Positions 34,075 to 48,117 of a stretch of 64,000 nt of DNA are shown piece after piece. The DNA comes from the human T2T-CHM13v2.0 reference genome, Homo sapiens. A model generated the notes under the pieces. The model saw nothing but the letters and a program-made list of their open reading frames with translations, searched no databases and was not told where the DNA came from. Each line of letters begins with the position of its first letter. Position 1 is the first letter of the stretch. The stretch lies in NCBI RefSeq assembly GCF_009914755.1, contig NC_060943.1. One strand, given 5' to 3'. The position numbers and the translations under genes are program-made.

Positions 34075-34533
34075 TTAGCTGTTAATATGATTTACATACA
34101 TTTCAAAAAAGCAGAGAAAATTGTCTATATATAATCTAAATCCCTTAAGCAAAGAGGGAATAGCAAAATATTTTTTTGGAACTTATTGAAGAGTTTTGAA
34201 CTCTTGGACATCTGAAATTTGCACACTCTATGCACTTGACAGAATGTTTATGAAGGAAAAACCAGAAAAGAGAAAGATGTTATAAAAAAATCCATGAGTG
34301 CACAAGACCAATGCAACAGAATAGAGAGCCCAGAAATAATGCCACCCTCCTACAACCATCAGATTTTTGATGAAGCTGACAAGAGAAATGTGGGAAGGAT
34401 TCTCTATTTAATAAACAGTGCTGGAATAACTACCTAACATTATGTAGACGACTGAAGCTAGACCCCTTCATTATACCGTATACAAAAATCAACTCAAGAT
34501 AAATTAAAGACTTAAGTGTAAAACTTAAAATTA

Positions 34534-34929
<396 letters not shown>

Positions 34930-35130
34930 TCATGAGGAAGCTACCAAAAGCAACTGCAACAGAGGCAAAAATTGAAAAATGGGACCTATTTTTCAATTGT
35001 GAAGATCTTAAGAGCTTCTTCACAGCAGAAGAGATTATCAACAGAGTAGACAACCTACAGAATAAAGGAAAATATTTGCCTCTGACAAAGGTCAACTTTC
35101 CAGAATTTATTAAGAGCTTAAACAAGTTTA

Positions 35131-35770
<640 letters not shown>

Positions 35771-36609
35771 ACAAAACAAAATGAAACAAATAAATAAATA
35801 AATAAAACTAATGTAGAAACAGAAAACCAAATGCATGTTATTATTTAAGTAAGTGCTAAATAATAAGAACACATGAACACAAAGAGGAGAACAAGAGACA
35901 CTGAGGCCTAGTTGAGGGTGGAGGGTGGGAGAACTAAGAGGATCAGAAAACATACCTGTTTGGTACTATGGGTAGGACCTCAATGACAAAATAATCTGCA
36001 CACCAAACCCCCATGACATAATTTTAGCTGTATAAAAAACCCACACATGTACACCGAATCACAAATAAAACCTAAAAGAAAAAAATACTCCAAGGTGGGG
36101 GAGAGTGCAATGTAGGTGCATGGACTGCTTTTCACTATAGATAGTAGCCCAGGTGGGGCTGTACTCTGATTTATTTCTGTGTGAATGCAGGTAGATGAAA
36201 TTACAAACAGGTGGCCCAGACCCCAGGCTGGTGGAGAAAACAGGTTGCTGCTGCAAATTTAGTATCTAGGGGTGGGGATATGCCAGGAGACTTGTAGAGA
36301 TTTTTGGGTTCTTGGCAAGAAACACTAGGATCAAAAATGCCATGGTGAAGTTCTTGAGGGTGGTGCCGAGTCCTGGGAGAAGTGTGGATACCTCAATTTC
36401 TAGTGTGTGTGTTTGTGAGTGGGTGGGAATCCTGTAGTAGCAGCTGCAAGAAAAGGGGTCTGTCATAAGAGCTTCTTCTGAGTTTTCAGTCCTCTGTCAC
36501 CCTGGGAGAAGACCTGGAATCACAGGACAATGGGCAATGTGACAGCCTGTGTACAGGAGAGCAGAGCCTCCCATTTCTAAACACCCAGAGCTTTGTTCCA
36601 GTCCAGGCC

Positions 36610-36980
36610 TCTGTGATATCTTTTTTCTGGCACCAAATCTGTAGAGTTTGCTGAGCATCAAACAATTCTCCAACAACTAATTGTCTAACATTTAAATTCT
36701 GACACCACCCAGAGTCAGCACAGACCCTGGGCTCAGTTCCACAACATTGTCCTCACTGCAGATGCCAGTCACAAACCCCATGGGCCCATCTACGCTTCTG
36801 AGCTACTGTTTGAAAACTGGGGACTCCCAAAACCTCCCTGAAGTTCAATGATTTGGTAGAGCTACTCACAGAACTCATCAAAACACTGTAGTTATGTTTA
36901 CCGGTTTAATATATAAGATGCAGCCCAGGAAAAGCCAAATGGAAGAAATGCATAGAACAAAGAAAAGAGATGGGGAAAGA
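36610..36980. mobile_element. MER21-like LTR fragment
   Basis: AATTCTGACAC...CAGATGCCAGTCACAA...CTCACAGAACTC; family from recall. Confidence 0.55.
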
Positions 36981-37030
36981 TGAAACACACAGATAATCAT
37001 GAAAAATGTTTGTGATTAATAAAATTCTCC

Positions 37031-37330
37031 AGCCGGGCACGGTGGCTCACACCTGTAATCTCAGCACTTTGGGAGGCCGAGGAGGGTGGATCACGAGATC
37101 AGAGATCGAGACCATCCTGGCTAACAGGGTGAAACCCCATCCCTACTAAAAATACAAAAAATTAGCCGGGAGTGGTGGCAGGCGCCTGTAGTCCCAGCTA
37201 CTCAGGAGGCTGAGGCAGGAGAATGGCATGAACCCGGGAGGCAGAGCTTGCAGTGATTGGAGATTGCACCACTGCACTCCAGCCCGGGTGAGAGATCGAG
37301 ACTCCGTCTAAATAAATAAATAAATAAAAA
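37031..37330 (+). mobile_element. AluY-like
   Basis: Alu consensus. Confidence 0.92.
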
Positions 37331-37501
37331 ATAAATTGTCCATCCTTTGTGTACTCCAGGAACAGTTTATGGAAACACCCTTCACCTTATGACTTCAATG
37401 GTGCTCTTTTTTCTTACCTATCACACAGGCAAACACACTCTCTGCACATTTTCTCCTATTTCTCATTATAAAAATCAGCTGATTTTTTCTTCAGTGGTCA
37501 A

Positions 37502-37800
37502 TTTTTTTTTTTTTTGGTGTGATCGAGTCTTGCTCTGCTGCCCAGGCTGGAGTGCAGTGGCGCCATCTCCATTCAGTGAAACCTTCGCCTCCCAGGTTCA
37601 AGGAATTCTCCTGCCTCAGCCTTCCCAGTATCTGGCACTACAGGCGCCCGCCACAACGCTCAGCTAATTTTTGTATTTTTAGTAGACACAGGGTTTCACC
37701 ATGTTGGGAAGGCTGGTCTTGAACTCCTGACCTCAGGTAATCCGCCTGCCCCGGCCTCCCAAACTGCTGGGATTACAAGCGTGAGTCACCACCCCTGGCC
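37502..37800 (-). mobile_element. Alu
   Basis: Alu consensus. Confidence 0.92.
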
Positions 37801-38382
37801 TAAAATAAAGTAATTCTTAATGAAATTTACTTAAGTTTATCTCCCTCCGTCAGGCTCCTGAACTTTGAGCTACCCTCGGTCTGAGTCGACATACAACCCC
37901 ATTTACGTCCCTCCTAAGAACATGCTGATTTCAGGGTAAGACATTCTGTGATCTAAAATCTGACCTTTTCACCCTCCATTTGCCATTCCCTTCCCACCTC
38001 CTTTCTAATCTTGTTTAATCCTCCTTAGGAAAGAAAGTCCTTTTGTGCCTACAGTTTTGCAAGCCACAAAGACCTTATAGTAAGTTGATACTTTCTCCTA
38101 TTGCAATACTTTTTTGGAATTCATTGTTTTACATAAATCTAACCTTGTTATCTTACAAAGTCTAAAACTTGCCTCAAAACAAAAACTTCATTATCAGTAA
38201 GACCCTCCCAGTTTCCTTTCATCTTAATCTTAACTGCATCTGCCTGTGGGGCTCCAGCTTTCCAGGGCTCTGTAGCTTCTCTCAGGATAAAGGCTCTTTC
38301 CATAGCTGGGGTGAGCAGGCTGGGACATCTGCAGGGAAGTCTCCCCAGCAAAAAAAGAACTGGGCCTTTAATAACCTCCTGT

Positions 38383-38694
38383 TGGCCGAGTGCGCTGGCT
38401 AAAGCCTGTAATCCCAGCAATTTGCGATGCCGAGGCGGGCGAAAAACCTGAGGTTGGGAGTTGGAGTCCAGCCTGAAAAACATGGAGAAACCTCCTCTCT
38501 ACTACCACACAAAATTAGCCGGGTGTGATGGCGCAGGCCTGTAATCCCAGTTACTCGAGAGCCTGTGGTAGGAGAATCCCTTGAACCCGAGGTAGAGGTT
38601 GCGGCGAGCCGAGATCGAGCCATTGCACTGCACCCTGGGCAACAAGAGCTAAACTCCATCTCAAAATTTAAAAAAAACAAAAAACAAAATAAAA
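38383..38694 (+). mobile_element. Alu
   Basis: Alu consensus, CpG retained. Confidence 0.9.
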
Positions 38695-38879
38695 ACACCT
38701 CCTTTTTGCAGTCTTAATATTAGCCTTAGCTTGGAATTACTAGGTTCAAGCTTCAGTTTCCATGTCAGTGTTATTCACCTGGTTTTTGAAACTAAGTGTT
38801 TGAAAAATCCAGTGAAATTACTCAAACATAGTGTTTACATAAACGGAGATTTTAAGATACTTTTTTAAATTTTATTAAA

Positions 38880-39275
38880 CAGGAGTCTCGCTCTCTCATG
38901 CAGGCTAATGTGCAATGACGCGATCTCAGCTTACTGCAACTTCCGCCTCCCGGTTTACATAAAGGAAGGAAATTTTAAGATCCTTACTTTTTTTTTTTTG
39001 CGATGGAGTCTCGCTCTGTCGCGCATATTGGAATGCGACGGCGCGATCTCGGCTCACGGCAACCTCCGGCTCCCGGGTTCAAGCAATTCTCGTGCCTCAG
39101 CCTCCCAAGGAGCTGGGATTACAGGCATTTGCCACCACGCCTAATTTTCGTATTTTTAGTAGAGACGGTGTTTCGCCATGTTAGCCAGGCTGGTCTAGAA
39201 CTCCTGACCACGTGATTCGCCCGCCTTGCTCTTTGAAAGTGTTGGGATTACGGGCGTGAGCCACCGCGCCCGACC
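38880..39275 (-). mobile_element. Alu fragment (38880-38955) + Alu (38987-39275)
   Basis: Alu consensus, CpG retained. Confidence 0.9.
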
Positions 39276-39603
39276 AGGAAGTGGTTTTTTAACCCTAAGG
39301 CAGTTTTGTTTTTGTGTTCTTCCCCTATTGCCTGGGGTCAGACCAGATCATCTAAACCGATCCCGACTGGCTTAGACCCCAACTTTTTCCAAATAGGATA
39401 AACGGAGATTTGCAGGGAAAGAAGAGGGAAGAAGGCGTAGTATTGATTTACAATTTTTACAATTTATGACCTGGAAGTTGAGTCTTTCAAGAGGAACTTA
39501 GTTGTCCTAACAACCCTTTACCTCAAGGGATCCGCCCGCCTCAGCCTCCCAAAATGTGGGATTACAGGCGTAAGCCACCGCGCCTGGCCCCATAAATTTT
39601 TAA

Positions 39604-40145
<542 letters not shown>

Positions 40146-40311
40146 GGAGCAGCCTCCATCTTATGGATGGTGGGGACTAACGCCAAGCTGGGCAAGGAGA
40201 ACTCAGGGCACAGATTGTGGAGCTGACTGCGGGGAGCCCTGAGTCCCGCCACTGCCACTTCCCATCAACCAGTCCCTCCCCTCTCTGGGGATGTTGGACC
40301 GGTACTCTTAC

Positions 40312-40480
40312 CATTTCTAGACTTCTAGGGGGTCCTGGCTCTTGGCTGTGGATCTCCCAATACCTGCAGGTCAAAGGGCCTCAGAGGCTGGGCCTCTATG
40401 AGCAGAGAACACAGAGCAGTGAACAAGAGATCTGGAGCTCCAGCGGCAGCAAGAGACAAAGGCCGCGCCATACCAGAAAG
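40312..40480 (-). other. ZNF826P: Exon 1 (5'UTR + ATG at 40312-40314)
   Basis: Family-typical GCCAGGACCCCCTAGAAGTCTAGAAATG followed by donor GTAAGA; 5' boundary approximate. Confidence 0.8.
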
Positions 40481-40494
40481 CCGTCCTCTTCGCT

Positions 40495-40610
40495 CCAGCT
40501 GCCTGCCTGATTGGAGGGTTTCCAGACCAGCCTCCCTGATTGGATTATGCTTAAGGCTCTGCCCCCTCAGTCCCTGAGTGACAGAAGATGTAATCAGATT
40601 CTGGGCTGAG
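40495..40610 (-). promoter_or_regulatory. Proximal promoter: two CCAAT boxes (40510-40514, 40539-40543) and a decayed GC box (~40557-40566)
   Basis: CCAATCAG twice on the minus strand immediately upstream of exon 1; layout typical of this gene family; CpGs partly decayed. Confidence 0.7.
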
Positions 40611-41015
40611 TGAAGGAGTAACAGCCTAAGATGCAGCCTTTCCAGACAGGGCTTCCTCCCTGAGCTGAGCCAGGCTCACCCCAGAGAAGGGAACAATTCT
40701 GTATCTTTTTTACTCTCTCTGTTTTTGAATGTATTCAAAAGGTGAGCAGGAGTATTTTTCTGTCATATGAATAATACATAATATTTTTGTTCAAGAGAAA
40801 ATCAACTTTTACTTTGGTAATAGTGTATTATCAATACTAAAGCTAATTTTAATAAAACCTTATAAATAAATCAAATTTGCCACTTTTAACCTCTCGAGAT
40901 TTACACATATATTTTGTAATCTCTTGTAATTTTTTTAACTTTTTATATTTTATTTTTATCTACATTCTATTTTTTCAATTTGAAACAACCTTTAAGTAAT
41001 TTCAAATTGTTGTAG

Positions 41016-41260
<245 letters not shown>

Positions 41261-41365
41261 TGTAATGGCCCAAGGGGTACACCTTGCCCTTTGGTTTAGA
41301 CAGAGCTGATTTATCAAGACGGGCCTTTTGCCTAGACAGAGCCTATTAATTAAGACAGGAGAATT
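41261..41365. mobile_element. Terminal fragment of a MER51-like ERV1 LTR, with a ~36-bp internal duplication
   Basis: TGTAATGGCCCAAGGGGTACACCTTGCCC...TAGACAGAGC.GATT.ATCAAGAC; abuts an Alu truncated at ~nt 222. Family from recall. Confidence 0.55.
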
Positions 41366-41649
41366 TGTGGAGGAAAAGTTAAATATTAAATTTGAACTCA
41401 ATTGAATGTGGACACAGACAATGGTCACTAAGTCCCAGAATAGGTTGTGTGAGCCCCTTGAGGCATTTATCCAGTGCTGTGTTGGAGAAATCTGTAATTC
41501 AATCTATTCCCATACATTTATTATTGAAAAACAATAGGCAATCACAAAAACAAATTGGCCTTTTTGTGTTCCTTGGGCCTAGTCTTGAAAGGCTGTCATA
41601 ACTGGGCCTTATGCCAAACAACTTGCTACAAAAAGAGCTAGGGTCCCAG

Positions 41650-42104
41650 TGTAGCAGGACAAGCCACAGACAAAACCTCTCAGACATCGAGTTGTAGAAG
41701 GAAGGGCTTTATTCAGCTAGGAGCATCAGCAAGCTGCTGTTTTAAAATCCAAGCTCTCTGAATGCACAATTTCTGTCCTTTTTAAAGGCTCACAACACTG
41801 AAGATTTCACATGAAAGGGTCATGATTGATTTGAGCAATCAAGGGTTACATGACAGGGGCTGCATGCACCGGTGGTCAGAGAGAAACAGAACAGGGCAGG
41901 GAGTTTCACAATGTTCTTCTATACAATGTCTGGAATCTACGAATAAAATCAGTTTTTAAGTTATGAGTTGATTTTTTATTATTAGGTTTAGGCCAGGCAG
42001 GCCCAGGGCTGCCTGTCTTTAACTTCACTTCCTTGTTTTTTTCTTAAAACAGGTACTGAGTATAAAACAATAAAACAATATGAGTGGGTCTCTCTCTTCC
42101 CTCA
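41650..42104 (-). mobile_element. 3' LTR (LTR2B-like)
   Basis: TGAGGGAAGAGAGAGACCC...CCTGCTACA; AATAAA at 41708-41713; ~22-bp deletion relative to the 5' LTR. Confidence 0.85.
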
Positions 42105-42109
42105 TTTCC

Positions 42110-44178
42110 TCTCTTTGAGACTCTCACTTTTTATTAGTGGGAGTTCTCACTCTTATTTTTGCTACTTATGTCTTTTTGTGCAATAGATTGATAGTGATTT
42201 ATACAGTATGCTTGTGCTGAAGTATTTTGGTGAACTAAGGTAGCGACGAAGTTTTTTATCATTTGGAGAAATACAGGTATCAGACAAGGGAGCAGTAAGC
42301 AGGTTCCTGTTACTATTATTACTCTTATTATAAGAGTTTTAAATCTTCCTATTTCTGGAATTAATTTCTAAACATGGCTCTTGGATTGAGTCTGTGCCAC
42401 ACTTGCACGGGTACATGTGCTAGTTTTGTTATATCTTTAACTATATCTTCAACTACTTGCCCCTGATCATCTGTGTGTAGACAACAATTAGTAAGGTTAA
42501 ATTTTCTACAAACTTCTCCTTCAGCTGCTAGCAAGTAGTCAAGAGCTAGTCTATTTTGATAGACAGCATTTCTCATCAGAGTCTCTCATGGGGCAAGAAC
42601 AGTCAAGGCTTGACCAGTTTTATTAGTAATAATTTTTAAAAACAGCTTGTAACCCTATGATTTGGTTGAGCCTGTAGATGGGGGCTCGATATCCTTATGA
42701 GCCATCTTGTGCCTAAGTGGCGGGTCTATAGTATTGTATGATTTTTTCAGGGGGCCATTCATTATCTTTCTAATCACCTATGGCTATGCTTCATTTTTCA
42801 TGGGAAGCATAGACTGGGAAGCCTAGAAATTCACCTGTTTTTATGGACAGCAAGAAGAAAGACAGCTTAATGGTGCCAATTACACAGCTACCTGTCTACT
42901 GATCAGGTAGCTTAGCATAAGCTCTGTGTCTATAGATCCAGTATAACCTGGTGGGGGCTGTCCAGTCCCGTGGAATTCTGGGTGGACTTAACAGGCTGCA
43001 ACTTTGGAAATTTACTGAATGGATTTCTTTCTGTGTAATTGGAACTTCACCATGTAACTGTTTTTGTGGTATTATTACACAGCTTTTGTCCTAGGCAACT
43101 AAGTCAACTTACAGAATGAGTGAATTTTGTTCTTTTTCTGGATATGCAATATTGTCCAATAATTGAGACTTTTAGAACCTAGAAATGATCAGGGTGATTC
43201 TTTTGGGCCAGGAATTCATCAGGAACTGGGTCCGTAGGCACTAATTCTTGGGCTTCTTATGGCCATTGATCTTTTATTACAGTTTATTTACAAACATAAC
43301 ATGAAGTGATATTTAGAGATTGGGCTACATGCTCGGCTAATTGCAAAAACAAATTTTTAGTTTTTCCTGGAATCTCAGGTACTGGCACATTTAGTTCATC
43401 ATAGAAAGTCTGAAATACTGGTTCTGAAGAGTGTTTTTGAACCTCCTTTTATTAGCATGCTTATACTAGGATCTAGTCCTTTTCCATCAATGCCTAATGT
43501 TACATTATATTTTTTGTTCTACTTTGGGTCTGAGGGGTTTGTGATTATCGATTTTAAAAGGTTGCAGCTCCTACTTGTGCAGGAGGGGCTGACTTTTCCT
43601 TTTTGGAGCTAAACAGGATCTTTTTTATCTTTTTTTCAAGTAGCCTAAATGACACAAGACTAGTATTGACACATCTTAGATAAATATGATTCTTGACAGA
43701 TATATACATTTTTTTTTACTGTGTAACTTTTTTTTCTAATTTAGAGAACTGCATCTTATTCCATGCTGCTTACTATCAATAGCGCACAAGCACCAAATTT
43801 TAAGGTTACATTTTTGGGGACCCCTCTTTCTTCTGTTCTAGCTATTACTTTACTTGTGTCACTTAGAAAAGGACCAGTCCTTAATTTTATTTTAAAAATG
43901 CTGATCATGGGAAGCTTAAAATGGGTCATAACATGCATCAGGTTATTTCTTGGGCTACATACCTTGGATAGAATAGCATTATACAAACAAGTTTCTTTTA
44001 GAGTCCTGGTACACCTACAATAACTATAAAATAATAGGACTGTAGCAATCTTTTGTCTTACTTCAGTGACTTGATGTATATACTGGAAACAGTTCTCAGT
44101 CTGAGGAAGGTCAGTTGAAGTCTTTACTGTACAAGTCCAAATTTTAAGGAAAATGAGTGCTGCAATGAGTTTCTTCAT
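42110..44178 (-). pseudogene. env: HERV-E/ERV3-like env, disabled
   Basis: Signal-peptide-like MKKLIAALIFLKIW; [27 protein letters not shown] (ISD, CX6CC); many TAG/TAA at Trp codons. Confidence 0.88.
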
Positions 44179-44179
44179 G

Positions 44180-44760
44180 CTTTGGCTATGTGTGGACCAG
44201 TCAGCTTCTGGGTGTGACTGGAGCAGGGTTTGTGGTCTTCTTCAGGGTCACTTTGCAGGGGTTGGCGAAGCTGCTCCTATCTATGTACAGCTCCTAGTCT
44301 ACTGATTTTTAAGGGTAGTCTCGGAGGTTGGGCCCACTAGAATAAAATGAGCCTAATACTTCTACACAGTTTATGTTTAACTGGGCTCTCTGATACTAGG
44401 AGTAAGGTGGCGGGGTTAGGGTGTTGCAATCTTCGATGGTTATGCGGGGATTTTCACAGAGCAAGCTTTGGTATCTAGTTAGTCTAGCATTCATTAGCTA
44501 ATGGTGTCCTTTGGTATTTATTAAAATCACCACAGCATGGGGGGACTTTATGTTTAGGTTTTGTCTAAGAGTTAGCTTATCTGCTTCTTGTGGTAACAGG
44601 GCCATTGCTACTAGGGCCTTTGGACATGGGGGCTAGCCTTTGGAAACCCAAACTAGTTGTTTTGAGAGATTGGCCACTGGCCTTGGCCAGGGCCTCACAG
44701 TCTGAGTTAAAACTCTAACTGCCATTTTTTTTTTCTTTCTGACACATAGAGTGTAAACAG
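44180..44760 (-). pseudogene. pol: Gammaretroviral pol fragment (connection/RNase H start)
   Basis: MAVRVLTQTVRPWPRPVANLSKQL; GHH*LMNARLTRYQSLLCENP; VD*ELYIDRSSF. Confidence 0.75.
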
Positions 44761-47154
44761 TTTTGTCAGGTCAGGTAGCCTCAGGGCTGTGGCTGACAAG
44801 AGTTTTTTTTTTTTAACTTGTGAAAAGCTCATTGCTGTTGGTTGTAATAGATGTAGTTTATCTAATCTACATTTTTATTGACTGTCATCTCCTAAAATAT
44901 TGACTTAAATCCTGTAACTATTTGATTTCAGGCTTTAAATTGATCTGGTATTCCTTGCGGGGCTCTAATTGCATCTAAATAGATGTGAGAGTTGAAAGAC
45001 CTATAAGGGCTTCTCTTGCTTTATGATGTCTTATTATTTATTTATTTATTTATTTATTTCCTCTGGTTGATAAAATGCCAGTGTGAAAGGGATAGCCAAA
45101 TGGACTAAAACACAAATGCCACTCTAGTTATTCGGCAGAGTGCCCAGTAAAGGTCTACCACAATACCACCACACATCCGCTCAAGGATGAAGAAGGGCTG
45201 ACTGATTGATAAGCTCTTGAAAATTCTTAAGCTCACTGTATCCTTTCAGGTCTCTAAGGAATGCTAAGTCTTAGTGTTCCTAAGTGTTAGGAAGTGAACT
45301 TAGTGTTGGGAGATGGAAGCTGGATGGCCTTCGGGGACTGACCTGCAGGGACTTCAGAATATAGCAGAGAGAACTTGGCATGACTTATTACTCTAGACTG
45401 TAGAATCCTGGAAAAGAGCTATCATGCAGCCTATGCCTGGTCAACTGGAGGACCACATTAGTGGAAGGGGGACAATCAGGGCCTCTGGCCTGCCATGTGC
45501 ACAAGCATAACAATTGCTTTTGTTTAAGGTGCAGATGGAATATGTGATCTATTTTAACCAGGAATTTGCATCTTGGTATGCTGTCTTAATTGCCAAAGTT
45601 TGTTTTAACTCTTTAACTTTTATGATCCTCTAGTAAAATGAACGTCTCCTTTAGCACCAATTTTTATTAGTTTTTAGACTAAAGAAAGCTAAACACCACT
45701 TTATATTTAATAATGTTTCTTGTATGATTTTTATACCAGATAAGCTAAATTTTACCTTTATATTAGTGTGTTATTAATATTAATCTTAATTTTAACATAA
45801 CCTTGTAGACATATTTATCAAATTTTTCATGTTTGACCATAAGTTAAGATTTTATAGACTATTTTTAACCTTTTATAATTTTTGTTAAAGAGCAGGTGAT
45901 GCTTTAAGAAAAACCTGTTGCATTTTTACTTTAATGTCCAGTTCACAGAAAAACTGGATGATACTGTTTTAACTTTAGCTAATGTGTTCACACACAGAAT
46001 TTTCTTTATAATTAACATTTTAAAACTTGCTTAAACTTTTAAAACAATAATTTTTTTAACCTTTTAATGTTGGTAAAAATCTACATTCTTATGCCCTTTT
46101 ATAATCTTTTTACTAAAGGTATATTTTACTTTTCTTATACACTTTGCACATAAACTTTTTTTTAAATAGTACTTAGGAGGCTTTATTACTTTTAAATTAT
46201 ATAACATTTTTGAATAAATTTTTTTATAACACTTTTTCTTTCACAACTTTCACCAACAATTCTTCAACATGTCTCAACTTTTTGACTTATTACAAACATT
46301 TATTTTTTCTTTAAACAACTAGTTAATTTATTTCAGGACAAGAATTTACCATATAACACTCTTTTTACATAAATTCTACCTCCCCCCCCCTTTTTTTTTT
46401 TTGAAGATAACAATTCCTTTTTTTAAAGCGAACTTTCTTTATGTCTTTGGACTAGACTGTCTAAGGCCACAAGATTAGAAGTTACCATAATACACGTTAC
46501 ACTGTTAACTTTTAGCAAACTTCACTTTTGTTGAAAACTTTGTAAGTTTGGGATTTCATTTACCCTTTGCTATTAATAAGACCTTGTTTAGTTTAAATTA
46601 ACTTGGAATTGGTATAGGTGGCCTTTTTTTCTCTCTGCCGGTCTTTCCTTGCCTCTGCCAGCCGCTTATGCTGCTGTTCTCTTAATTACTGTAGGGGGGA
46701 AGAGGGTCTAAAACCAGCTGTAACTGTCTATGTATGGAAACTGGTCTGGGTGCCTTGGCTTGCAGATTACATTGTGTCATACTTTTGAAACAAGGGACCT
46801 GTCCAGGCTTCCTTCTGATGGTCAACCCACCTCTAATGCTGGCCAGTCTATTTCACACAAAGTTCTAAGTTTTCTTGGTGTCATAGTAACACTGTAATCT
46901 CTATTAAATCTTTTCTTGAAATTTTTTTAACATAGTTCCTAATGGGGTGGGCTTACTTATGCCTGACCTATGCTTCTTTGAGACAAAACACTATGCTTAC
47001 ACCACACACACACCACAAAACAAAACAAAAAAAAAACAGGTAAAAAGGGCACACACACACTTTTGCAGTTTACACCAAACTAAAATCAAAACCAAAATCA
47101 GAGTATCCAGAAATCTAAGCCAGGTCAAAACCAAAACTAAAGTATCATGCAGTC

Positions 47155-47380
47155 TAAGTCAGGTCAAAACCAGAACAAAAGTGCCAATGCAGGCACACTG
47201 TGGGTGATCAGGCCACTCTTCCATTCAGATGGGGTGGGGCAAGTTCCAAAGACTAATCTTACCAAGTCAAGCCAAGTCAAAACCAGAACAAAAGTGCCAA
47301 TACAGGCACACTGTGGGTAATCAGGCCACACTTCCACTCAGATGGAGTGGGGCAAGTTCCAAAGACTAGTCTTACCAAGT
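47155..47380. repeat. 113-bp tandem duplication in the provirus leader
   Basis: AAGTCAGGTCAAAACCAGAACAAAAGTGCCAAT...CTTACCAAGT twice (47156, 47269). Confidence 0.9.
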
Positions 47381-47617
47381 TACAGATGTCCAGACTCCAA
47401 ATGCCAGTTCCTTCTGGGTGTTCAGCCACTGTGTTAATCCTCTGTGGGGACCTGCTACTCGCTGCTCTGGTGAGGTGTTCCGCCAGGGCAATTTCCTACC
47501 TGGGAGCACTCTTTGGATCATGTAACTCAGGCTGGCTGGAGTCCCCCGCAGAGATGCTCCACAGGGCAGGCTTAAGCCACCTGAGGGGCTGCCTCAGCTG
47601 CCCATCAGTTACCTCAT

Positions 47618-47635
47618 TTCCCAGTCAGAGAACCA
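47618..47635 (-). other. Primer-binding site, tRNA-Glu
   Basis: TGGTTCTCTGACTGGGAA vs TGGTTCCCTGACCGGGAA (16/18). Confidence 0.85.
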
Positions 47636-47640
47636 AGAAA

Positions 47641-48117
47641 TGTAGCAGGACAATCCGCAGAAAAAACCTCTCAGACACTGAGTTGTAGAAGGAAGGGCTT
47701 TATTCAGCTGGGAGCATCAGCAAGCTACTGCTTTAAAATCCGAGCTCTCCAAATGCACGATTTCTGTCCTTTTTAAAGGCTCACAACGCTAAAGATTTCA
47801 CATGAAAGGGTCAGATTGATTTGAACAAGCAAGGGGTATGTGACAGGGGCTGCATGCACCAGTGGTCAGGGAGGAACAGAACAGGGCGGGGAGTTTCACA
47901 GTGTTCTTCTATACAATGTCTGGAATCTATGAATAACATTGATTTTTAAGTTATGAGTTGATTTTTAACTACTAGGTTTAGGCCAGGCAGGCCCAGGGCT
48001 GGTTTTGGGCCTGGCGCCAGGCTGCCTGTCTTTGATTTCACTTCCTTGTTTTTTTCTTAAAACAGGTACTGAGTATAAAACAATAAAACAATATGAGAGG
48101 GTCTCTCTCTTCCCTCA
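47641..48117 (-). mobile_element. 5' LTR (LTR2B-like)
   Basis: Same termini as 41650-42104, followed by the PBS. Confidence 0.85.

Larger units (their letters stand above)
41650..48117 (-). mobile_element. Harlequin/HERV-E-type provirus with LTR2B-like LTRs, non-autonomous, hypermutated
   Basis: LTRs 41650-42104 and 47641-48117; 4-bp TSD CCAG (41646-41649, 48118-48121); tRNA-Glu PBS; purine tract next to the 3' LTR; partial pol and env. Confidence 0.88.

Noticed and set aside
42361-42576. env TM ORF as a syncytin-like domesticated gene
   Set aside because: Only a fragment between hypermutation stops; SU disrupted. The same applies to 52297..52602.
47618-47635. tRNA-like sequence (also 57420-57437)
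   Set aside because: 18-nt primer-binding sites, not tRNA genes.
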